From positions 1 to 64,000 of IMG/VR virus record IMGVR_UViG_3300005827_000047: a stretch of 64,000 nucleotides of DNA. One strand, written 5' to 3'. Below, one piece after another: positions 48,633 to 55,608 of the stretch (positions within the stretch are counted from its first letter, which is position 1; each line of letters begins with the position of its first letter). Source of the stretch: a virus. The notes beneath the pieces are model-generated. The model was not told the DNA's origin and did no database searches. It was given only the letters and a program-made list of their open reading frames with translations. The position numbers and the translations under genes were made by a program.

Positions 48633-48801
48633 ATTTTAAAATGTTATGCTTAGTTTTAAATTCAAAAAGTGTACTTCCTCTTATAATTATACCAATGTTG
48701 CAACTATTAGCTATAGCTGAACTAATAAATAAGTTATCCGTTTTTATAAGATTACTCCCAAAATGTATAAAAACTAATTCTCTTTGTATGAACTCTCCCA
48801 T
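48622..48801 (-). CDS. NLF[IL]P-motif small protein family, array A copy 12 (not in ORF track)
   Basis: Hand-translated 59-aa ORF MGEFIQRELVFIHFGSNLIKTDNLFISSAIANSCNIGIIIRGSTLFEFKTKHNILKYES. Its stop overlaps the ATG of copy 11 (ATGAGAGTTAA). Confidence 0.45.
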   Translation of the reverse strand: MGEFIQRELVFIHFGSNLIKTDNLFISSAIANSCNIGIIIRGSTLFEFKTKHNILKYES

Positions 48802-48953
48802 TAACTTTTAAAATGAAACATTCTATTACTAGAAACAAACCTTTTGATGCTGTATTCACTGGCTATAGTAGAGTATATAAATAAGTTATTTAACAGTATT
48901 ATATCCATTACAAAATCTACAACAGCTAATTTTCTTTCTCTAAACTCTATCAT
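48801..48953 (-). CDS. NLF[IL]P-motif small protein family, array A copy 13 (not in ORF track)
   Basis: Hand-translated 50-aa ORF MIEFRERKLAVVDFVMDIILLNNLFIYSTIASEYSIKRFVSSNRMFHFKS. TAATG overlap with copy 12. Confidence 0.45.
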   Translation of the reverse strand: MIEFRERKLAVVDFVMDIILLNNLFIYSTIASEYSIKRFVSSNRMFHFKS

Positions 48954-48960
48954 AAAAGTG

Positions 48961-49000
48961 AAAATAAAAAGAGGAGCAGGAAATACTTCCTAACTCCTCT
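48961..49000 (-). terminator. rho-independent terminator
   Basis: On the - strand: AGAGGAG...17-nt loop...CUCCUCU followed by UUUUUAUUUU. Lies immediately downstream of the gene at 49025..49342. Confidence 0.7.
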
Positions 49001-49024
49001 TACATTAACTAAACACACAAATTC

Positions 49025-49342
49025 TTAATCCAATACTGGAATGTTCTTTCTTGCATAAGGATCATAAGATACTTGAATAGTTTTTACCCAAGTTCCTTTT
49101 TCTACTTTATGAGCAAAGTGCTCATGATGAGTTAGAATTCCATCTTCAGTAATCTGAAGTTTATCTAGGAATATCTCATCTCCTGAATAATCCTTAACAT
49201 CTTTACTAAGGTCTACTACTTCACAAGAAGTATTCAATAAGTGGTGATGTCCAGTTACTTCACCATGTTGAAGGATTGCTCCTTTAGTGTAACCTTTAAC
49301 TGCTACACTGCTTTGATAAGTTTTTAAATCTACTTTCTCCAT
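49025..49342 (-). CDS. His-rich hypothetical protein (possible metal-binding small beta-barrel)
   Basis: 105 aa. 'HGEVTGHHHLL' and 'ILTHHEHFAHKVEKGTW'. Flanked by its own TAnnTTTG box and terminator. Confidence 0.45.
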   Translation of the reverse strand: MEKVDLKTYQSSVAVKGYTKGAILQHGEVTGHHHLLNTSCEVVDLSKDVKDYSGDEIFLDKLQITEDGILTHHEHFAHKVEKGTWVKTIQVSYDPYARKNIPVLD

Positions 49343-49365
49343 TTTGTTTTGTTTTTATTGTTTTA

Positions 49366-49373
49366 CAAAGTTA
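49366..49373 (-). promoter_or_regulatory. Bacteroidota-type -7 promoter box (TAnnTTTG)
   Basis: The - strand reads 'TAACTTTG', 23 nt upstream of the ATG at 49342. Overlaps the stop of the upstream gene. Confidence 0.35.
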
Positions 49374-49652
49374 AACTTTCTTATTATAATTAGTATAGAA
49401 TTCAAAAGCTGCTAAAGAATAAAATACATTTTCCGATACAAATAAGCTGTTTCTCCAAACAGTAAAATGATAGAATAAACTTTCTATTTCCACAGCTAAC
49501 TCAGTACATGTTGAGTCAATTAGTGGATCCATTAATCCAAGAGCTTCCCAAATGCTTATTGTAGTCTCTGAATTATTAGCTTTATCATCTAACCTTTTTC
49601 TGAATTCTTTTACTGTTTTTTCATTTAATACATTAAAAGATTTTAAATCCAT
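49371..49652 (-). CDS. hypothetical protein
   Basis: 93-aa ORF. ATG/stop overlap with the upstream 292-aa gene. Confidence 0.4.
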   Translation of the reverse strand: MDLKSFNVLNEKTVKEFRKRLDDKANNSETTISIWEALGLMDPLIDSTCTELAVEIESLFYHFTVWRNSLFVSENVFYSLAAFEFYTNYNKKV

Positions 49653-50530
49653 TAGCTTTCTGAGATAATCATATTCAAGTATTGATCTTTTGTTAGAGAT
49701 TTAGAACAAGTAAACTCAGCTCCTTCATATTCTTCTTTAAGTTTACCCAATAGTACATCTCCTTGTCTTTGTATATATTGATATACATCTTCTATTTCTA
49801 AAGATTCATGAGGTAAAGCAAGCTTAAGAGTAGAAGCTATAGCCTCAATAGGATCAGTAATCCAAGATATAGAAGCTCCGGTTCTAGGATCTCTTTGTGT
49901 AGTTATATCTACATATAACCAATATACTCTATCCGTAGAAGTATCTTTGCATTTAATTACTCCAAATACTGATTTACCTGCTCTGGTATCTATCTCTCTC
50001 TTATAAAGAGTATAAGTATCTGAGAATTTAACTTTCTCTTCTATCATATTACCCTCTTCATCTACTGTCCATCTTAACTGCTCTTTCTCAATAGTTTCTT
50101 CAGCTAAGAATTGAAACCCTCCTTTTTCTGCAATCTCTTCAGGTGAGAATCCTTTTAATGCTTTAGCTTTTTGTTCTTCATTTTGAAAGTTAAGAGCTTC
50201 CTCTACAGTTAGAGGTTTAATAGGAGACTCAGGATTACTGTACATATCTTCAATTACAGATTTAATATCTAGAACTACATCTTGATTTTGAAAACTGTAA
50301 TCTAGATTTACTAACCAAGGAAGGTTATCTCCAATATGCTTAATTCCCCAAGGATCTTCTACTCTGTATAGTAATGCTCCTACTTTAAATCCTTCGATGA
50401 AAGAGAATACTACTTCATCTACTATAAACTTATCTTGAATAGTATCTTGTTTAGAATACCTTTCCATTTCAACTAGCCATTCAGAAGCTGTTGATATAAC
50501 TCTTTGTTGTGCTTTAGTTTCTGTTGTCAT
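49652..50530 (-). CDS. hypothetical protein
   Basis: 292-aa ORF, first gene after the terminator at about 50570. No diagnostic motif. Confidence 0.45.
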   Translation of the reverse strand: MTTETKAQQRVISTASEWLVEMERYSKQDTIQDKFIVDEVVFSFIEGFKVGALLYRVEDPWGIKHIGDNLPWLVNLDYSFQNQDVVLDIKSVIEDMYSNPESPIKPLTVEEALNFQNEEQKAKALKGFSPEEIAEKGGFQFLAEETIEKEQLRWTVDEEGNMIEEKVKFSDTYTLYKREIDTRAGKSVFGVIKCKDTSTDRVYWLYVDITTQRDPRTGASISWITDPIEAIASTLKLALPHESLEIEDVYQYIQRQGDVLLGKLKEEYEGAEFTCSKSLTKDQYLNMIISES

Positions 50531-50554
50531 ATTTATTTTTCTTAGATTTTTAAA

Positions 50555-50584
50555 TTAAAAAAGCTAAGGGAGACTATATCTCCC
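50555..50584 (-). terminator. rho-independent terminator (candidate)
   Basis: On the - strand: GGGAGA-UAUAG-UCUCCC, which overlaps the stop codon of the RusA-like gene, followed by UUAGCUUUUUUAAUUU. Confidence 0.5.
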
Positions 50585-51191
50585 AAAGCTTAAGTTGTTG
50601 TACCTCTGCTCTTAAATCCTGATAGAATGTATATATTATCTTTCTATCATCGATACTAGCTACCGGAGTAAACTTAGGACCACTACCAGGTTGAGTAATA
50701 AACCTAACTGAATCATCAGGTATCTTACCTTCACTTACTAGTAAATCATTAAATACTTTAGAATAGATTACTCCAAAGTTTTCAATATCCCAATTAGCTG
50801 CTCCGGGTATAGTAAATAACTCACAATCTATAATAACAGGTAATTCTCTAATTATTGGTAAATTAACTACATAAGGATATAGGAATTCCTTTAATCCATT
50901 TACTATTCTTACCCTAGTTAAATAGTTACCTGCATATATATGCTGATTGTTTATAGATAGATATTTAGGAGTACCTGCTGATCTTGAATTAGCCATAATT
51001 CTATTACCAGCTTCATCTAAAATATATCCTTCTATATCTGTTAAGTTATTCTTATACCTTTTAGGTATTTTAGTTTTTCGTAGCTTACCAGGATTCTTAT
51101 TATAGTATATAGGCTTCCTCTTCTTTGAGAGAGTTACCTTCATTAAGAACTGGGGTATCACTACTTTGAATAATAACCTTTTTTCTTCCAT
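50574..51191 (-). CDS. RusA-like Holliday junction resolvase (candidate)
   Basis: 'IIDCELFTIPGAANWDIENFGVIYSKVFNDLLVSEGKIPDDSVRFI' parallels the RusA core '[36 protein letters not shown]'. The true start may be the internal Met at 51143. Confidence 0.5.
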   Translation of the reverse strand: MEEKRLLFKVVIPQFLMKVTLSKKRKPIYYNKNPGKLRKTKIPKRYKNNLTDIEGYILDEAGNRIMANSRSAGTPKYLSINNQHIYAGNYLTRVRIVNGLKEFLYPYVVNLPIIRELPVIIDCELFTIPGAANWDIENFGVIYSKVFNDLLVSEGKIPDDSVRFITQPGSGPKFTPVASIDDRKIIYTFYQDLRAEVQQLKLWEI

Positions 51192-51915
51192 TCTCCTCTA
51201 ATCGTTTTTCTTCAAGAAATTTTATTACTTTGGATGCAACCTTATTCCTTTTAGTGGGAGTTTTGGATAGCTTTAAGGATTGTACACCGAATAATTTATT
51301 AAGGTTTGCACTCTTTGCTATAATTGGTGTAGAATCAAATATTGATATAATAGATGTTGAACGGATTACTTTATCTAAAGTATAAGAATACCAAAATTGA
51401 AATATAGAATAATCCGGTTCAATACGATCTTTAATGCAACTTTTATAGTATTCTACATCTTTCCTATGCACCATAATTGCATAAGCTATTTCAAAATAAC
51501 CTTTAGCAAAAGATAGATTTATATTATTTAAAGTACTAGAATTATCAAACCATCTATTTCTATACACAAATCCAAGTAATCCATTCCAAGCTAATGAATA
51601 TTCTTTTGATCTGTAAATAAATGGACTTGTTCTTACAACTTCTATTCTTTCAGTTTCTCTAAGAGAATTACTAGAGAATCCATAAGAGTCAAGATTACGA
51701 GGTATCCTTAACTTAAAACTAGTTGAGTTTTCATCAAAGTTAGGATCACAAATAATAGCAGATGCAGGAACATACTCTGAATCATTTATCTGGATATTAA
51801 TATACTTATCATCTACACTAATATAAGGATCTTCCTTAAAAGCTAAAGAATTATATAGATGCTTTTCACTTTTAGTAGCTATTGATATTATATCATCTTT
51901 AATATTCAACCTCAT
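51100..51915 (-). CDS. hypothetical protein (partner ORF of the Ubl/E1/JAB operon)
   Basis: 271-aa ORF. Its start overlaps the stop of the E1-like gene by 17 nt. No diagnostic motif. Confidence 0.45.
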   Translation of the reverse strand: MRLNIKDDIISIATKSEKHLYNSLAFKEDPYISVDDKYINIQINDSEYVPASAIICDPNFDENSTSFKLRIPRNLDSYGFSSNSLRETERIEVVRTSPFIYRSKEYSLAWNGLLGFVYRNRWFDNSSTLNNINLSFAKGYFEIAYAIMVHRKDVEYYKSCIKDRIEPDYSIFQFWYSYTLDKVIRSTSIISIFDSTPIIAKSANLNKLFGVQSLKLSKTPTKRNKVASKVIKFLEEKRLEENGRKKVIIQSSDTPVLNEGNSLKEEEAYIL

Positions 51916-52750
51916 AATATAGACTTGTTAATTCTGTTTTAATACTAAAAGGCAAAGAAGTTATCTCTGCTCCTTTTATATAGTTACTTAAATAATTAGT
52001 CAGCATAGAAACCATATAAGCAGCTATCATATAAGCATAGTGGGTAGTTACTTTTAAAGCACAGTTCTCTCTAACTACTTCAGAATCCTCAAATAGAGTT
52101 TCTTTATATCTATCCATATTATCTTTAGTGACAATATAGATTTGAATATTGCTATACAATAATCTACCATCTATAAATACACAAGGAATATCTCCTTCAT
52201 TATCTATAGCTTCTTCTTTCCAACTTTCAAATAGATTTTTCCTTGCTTCCATATTATCAAAGCAAGAAAAGCAAATAGATTCTATAAGAGATTCATTTGT
52301 TACCTTTTCAAATCTAGGGATTACATTATTTTCACCTGAGAATAACTTACTTAACTCTTGTACAGCATATACTTTTTTCACGTGTATCTGAGATACAGTA
52401 TAAGCTTGACCTCCTATATTCTCTTCTCCTACTGAATCATTATCCCATACAGTTATAGTATGACCTAATCTAGATAATAACATAGTTAAATGAGATCCTA
52501 TTCCTCCTGCTCCTCCTACTGTTATTTTGTAGAACTTATTATACCAAATTGCATCTTTAAATCTAGATGTTCTTCTATTATAATCAGTTACTTCAATATA
52601 ATCACTAATAGGTTCTTCAGAGGATTCTTCATCATCTTCTTCATCCTCATAATTATGATAATCTTCATCTTCTATATCTTGATTTTGATACCTAGAGTCT
52701 TTATCAAGATTTAAGATATTGTGATATCCGGGAATATTAACTAACTCCAT
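51899..52750 (-). CDS. ThiF/MoeB/E1-like adenylyltransferase
   Basis: 283 aa. Rossmann signature 'KITVGGAGGIGSHLTMLLSRLGHTITVWDNDSVGEENIGGQ' (GxGxxG at 52493-52516). Upstream 'RRTSRF' (RxSRQ-like) and 'CFDNMEARKNL' (DNxxxR). Acidic N-terminal extension. Confidence 0.75.
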   Translation of the reverse strand: MELVNIPGYHNILNLDKDSRYQNQDIEDEDYHNYEDEEDDEESSEEPISDYIEVTDYNRRTSRFKDAIWYNKFYKITVGGAGGIGSHLTMLLSRLGHTITVWDNDSVGEENIGGQAYTVSQIHVKKVYAVQELSKLFSGENNVIPRFEKVTNESLIESICFSCFDNMEARKNLFESWKEEAIDNEGDIPCVFIDGRLLYSNIQIYIVTKDNMDRYKETLFEDSEVVRENCALKVTTHYAYMIAAYMVSMLTNYLSNYIKGAEITSLPFSIKTELTSLYYEVEY

Positions 52751-54014
52751 TTTGATACTTCTTTTTAGGACCTTTGTTAGAAACAGTTTTATTAAAAAGT
52801 GCTAGATGTTTATTAAATTCATCTTTGCAAACTTCTTTTAAAGATTCTCTTATGCTTATTTGATATTCTCCTAAAGTATGATAGATAAGAATAGATTCAT
52901 AAAGTAACTTAAATGCCTCTACTTTAATCATCTTATAGTAGATAATATTCTTTACTTCTTTAGTTTTATAAGCAGTTTTATAAGCAGATTCAAACTCTGA
53001 GAATACTTGCTCTAAGTTTAATACTACAGCTTCTTTAATACCTTTCTTATCTTTAATATTAATACTCTTTAAATCCCTTATGTCTTCTAAAAGAGCTTTA
53101 CATAGTTCATTTATAACTGCATAAATACTTTCAAAGTCAACATTTAAAAGAATCCTTAACACAGATAATGTATTAGTTTCTTTTATATTAAAAGTCTCTT
53201 TCCAAGAATTGTAAGGATTTCCAGTTACTAATTTATTAGGAAAAGTATCATCTTCTTCAAATGAAAAAGCTCTGTTATAATTATCAAGAGTATCCCATTC
53301 TTTAGGATAATATCCATGAATACCGGAGAATCCAATGCTTCTAGTTTTCTTAGCTTCTTTAAGTTTATTAAATCTATCTACAACATCCGGATAAGGGAAA
53401 TCCTCTACTTCTTTAAATATTTCACATTCATAATAATGCACTACATCAGGTACTATAGTTTTATGCTCTATCAATTGAGAAGTTCTAGGATCTCTATAGC
53501 TAACTGTATTAGTAATATCAGCTACAAAGCAGGCTCTTGCACAACAATCTCCTTTAGCATTTACTATAACTGATAAATAAGGAGATCCTACTTTATGTCC
53601 TTGATTGTATATTTTAGTATTATCTTCTAGCTCTTCCTCATCTGTTCCACTAAAGAACACAGACATATTATGGTGACTATGGCAATATCCCCTAAATCTA
53701 TACTCTCCATTAGAGTATTTAGAATCATATTCCATAATTTGCTCTATATGTTCTACAGGTTCCCATCCAGTAGCTCCACTAGTTCCAAGATCACATAGAA
53801 AGAAATCTTCAACTAGAAACTCTAAACTTTCAGGATCTTGTAAAGTACCTTCACTTTTATAGAATAAAGCACCACTCCATTCTAAATTAGGATAAGCTGA
53901 ATGAAGATAATCTACTATCTTTAAGAACTTTAAACTTAATGTTACTTTAGGCTTCCCACTCAATTTCACCATAGATGATGTTAGAGCAGAAGAATTCTTT
54001 ATATTCGTTGTCAT
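52737..54014 (-). CDS. JAB/MPN (JAMM) metalloprotease domain protein with about 250-aa helical C-terminal extension
   Basis: 425 aa. Complete JAMM signature: 'NLEWSGALF' (Glu) and 'HSHHNMSVFFSGTD' = HxH-x7-S-x2-D (53640-53681). Confidence 0.75.
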   Translation of the reverse strand: MTTNIKNSSALTSSMVKLSGKPKVTLSLKFLKIVDYLHSAYPNLEWSGALFYKSEGTLQDPESLEFLVEDFFLCDLGTSGATGWEPVEHIEQIMEYDSKYSNGEYRFRGYCHSHHNMSVFFSGTDEEELEDNTKIYNQGHKVGSPYLSVIVNAKGDCCARACFVADITNTVSYRDPRTSQLIEHKTIVPDVVHYYECEIFKEVEDFPYPDVVDRFNKLKEAKKTRSIGFSGIHGYYPKEWDTLDNYNRAFSFEEDDTFPNKLVTGNPYNSWKETFNIKETNTLSVLRILLNVDFESIYAVINELCKALLEDIRDLKSINIKDKKGIKEAVVLNLEQVFSEFESAYKTAYKTKEVKNIIYYKMIKVEAFKLLYESILIYHTLGEYQISIRESLKEVCKDEFNKHLALFNKTVSNKGPKKKYQNGVS

Positions 54015-55326
54015 ATTTACTTTTAATATTATTGTACTTTTCTATAATTAGGTTAACTAAACTGTTATAAGTTGCAGCTGCTAATATTGAAGAATCTATA
54101 GAGTTTTCTTTAACTCTTAAGGATAACTTTTCTACTTCATGATCTATATCTTCTAAAGGTATAGTTCTCATAAGTATAGTAGAATCTCCCCACTCTACTC
54201 CTTCACCTAAAGACCTATCTCTACTGCTATCAAATCCTCTGAATTCAACAAAAGAGTTATACAAAAAAGAATAAGGATGAGTAACTTCTATGCTATTAGA
54301 ATTGATTATACTACATAAGTAATCAGCTACTTTATTATAAGGTAAGAAATCTATTTGAGCTTCAAACTTCTCATTAATCTCAAAACTATTTATAAGTTTA
54401 GTGCAATCTAAAGAAGATTCAGGATTATTAAGCAGATCTAAAGCTACCTCTTTAGCCTTAACATCAAGTAATACACTTGGAATACTTTGATAATTTAATA
54501 CTCCTACTAGATTTATATGAGGAGTACCTTCTATACTTTCATAGCTCATGTGTTCAGGTAATTGAGCTAAAAATGCTTCAAAATATGTTTCTTCAAACTT
54601 AGTAGATAGCTTTGAAATAAGCTCTACTAGTGCTGATTCTCCTAAACAAAAATTAGTATAGTTACGAGTAATTCCACTACTTAAATGAGAATGTCTATAA
54701 CCATAATCAACTTCTATTCTAGTGTAAGTAGCTCTTGTTCCTTCTAAAGATCCTATAAATTTAGGAGTATCAACTATATTAATTTTAAATCTTACCAATA
54801 AATCTCTAAGAAGTTTAGATTCTGAGTTTCTATTGGTGATAATTATCTTAGGAAATCTTAAGTATAAAGTTAATACTCCTAATTCTGTTTCAGAATAAGT
54901 ATAATTATCTTCTCCATAAATAACCTTAGCTAAAGAAGTAAATGAGTCTAATACTCTTTTCTTATTTGCTTCTACCTTACTTAAATCTATTTTGTTTAAG
55001 CTTAATAGCTTTTTGATTGTTGTTAGAGGTAAAAGCAAAATAATATTTAAAGAATAAATATTACTAAAATCTTCTTCTATAATAGCTAAAGGTGCATATC
55101 CTGATGCTTCTGAAAATATATAATAAGTTATTCCTGAATCTATGATAATACCTAAGTAGCAATATCTATTACCTTCAGGAATATTTTTATTTACAATAGA
55201 AGGAGGAATATGTTCTCTAAACTCTAGAAAACGGTTTTTAGTAGACTCACTAAATCTATATAGCTCTCCAAAGCTTGCTGTTTCCGGATTAAAGTTTGTA
55301 TCTTCTTTGGTTAATTCTATTTTCAT
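53947..55326 (-). CDS. hypothetical protein (partner ORF of the Ubl/E1/JAB operon; speculative E2-like or substrate role)
   Basis: 459 aa, between the Ubl-like and JAB genes, overlapping the JAB ORF by 68 nt. Contains 'YRHSHLSSGITRNYTNFCLGES', which loosely resembles an E2 HPN...C active-site loop. This is weak evidence. Confidence 0.4.
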   Translation of the reverse strand: MKIELTKEDTNFNPETASFGELYRFSESTKNRFLEFREHIPPSIVNKNIPEGNRYCYLGIIIDSGITYYIFSEASGYAPLAIIEEDFSNIYSLNIILLLPLTTIKKLLSLNKIDLSKVEANKKRVLDSFTSLAKVIYGEDNYTYSETELGVLTLYLRFPKIIITNRNSESKLLRDLLVRFKINIVDTPKFIGSLEGTRATYTRIEVDYGYRHSHLSSGITRNYTNFCLGESALVELISKLSTKFEETYFEAFLAQLPEHMSYESIEGTPHINLVGVLNYQSIPSVLLDVKAKEVALDLLNNPESSLDCTKLINSFEINEKFEAQIDFLPYNKVADYLCSIINSNSIEVTHPYSFLYNSFVEFRGFDSSRDRSLGEGVEWGDSTILMRTIPLEDIDHEVEKLSLRVKENSIDSSILAAATYNSLVNLIIEKYNNIKSKYDNEYKEFFCSNIIYGEIEWEA

Positions 55327-55329
55327 AAT

Positions 55330-55361
55330 AAATAAATTAAAGAGGGGTTTTACCCCCTCTT
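55330..55361 (-). terminator. GC-rich hairpin (attenuating terminator or regulatory stem)
   Basis: On the - strand: AGAGGGG-GUAAAA-CCCCUCU followed by UUAAUUUAUUUAUU. Sits between the Ubl-like gene and the 459-aa gene, 14 nt before the latter's ATG. Confidence 0.5.
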
Positions 55362-55362
55362 A

Positions 55363-55608
55363 TTAATTACCAGCTTTAGTTCTAGTTTCTATGATGTAAA
55401 TAGTTACACCATCATCATTAGGAAGAGTATCATTAGGAGATAATACCCACTGTTTACCTCCAGACCAAGTATTTCCTACTTTAGCTCTTTTACCTTCTAA
55501 TTCAGGATATTTATCACATACTTCTTTCCAAGTAATGTTTTCACCTACTTGATACTCTTCTACTGTACCTCCAGAAAAGGTATCTACTATTTTAATTGTT
55601 CTAGCCAT
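55363..55608 (-). CDS. ubiquitin-like / ThiS-MoaD-like beta-grasp protein (candidate)
   Basis: 81 aa. 'TIKIVD..GGTVEEYQVGENITWKEVCDKYPEL...VLSPNDTLPNDDGVTIYIIETRTKAGN' fits the beta-beta-alpha...beta layout of ThiS/MoaD/Ub. The penultimate Gly is followed by a single Asn. Confidence 0.5.
   Translation of the reverse strand: MARTIKIVDTFSGGTVEEYQVGENITWKEVCDKYPELEGKRAKVGNTWSGGKQWVLSPNDTLPNDDGVTIYIIETRTKAGN

Noticed and set aside
46067-48953. Idea that the recurring NLFIP-encoding sequence is a DNA-level signal, such as a repeated promoter or operator spaced about 200 bp apart, rather than a protein motif.
   Set aside because: The nucleotide sequences differ at synonymous positions (Leu as TTA, TTG, CTG, CTC, CTA or CTT; Phe TTT or TTC; Pro CCT, CCA or CCC), while the amino acids are kept. 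The distance from each start codon varies between 18 and 32 codons.
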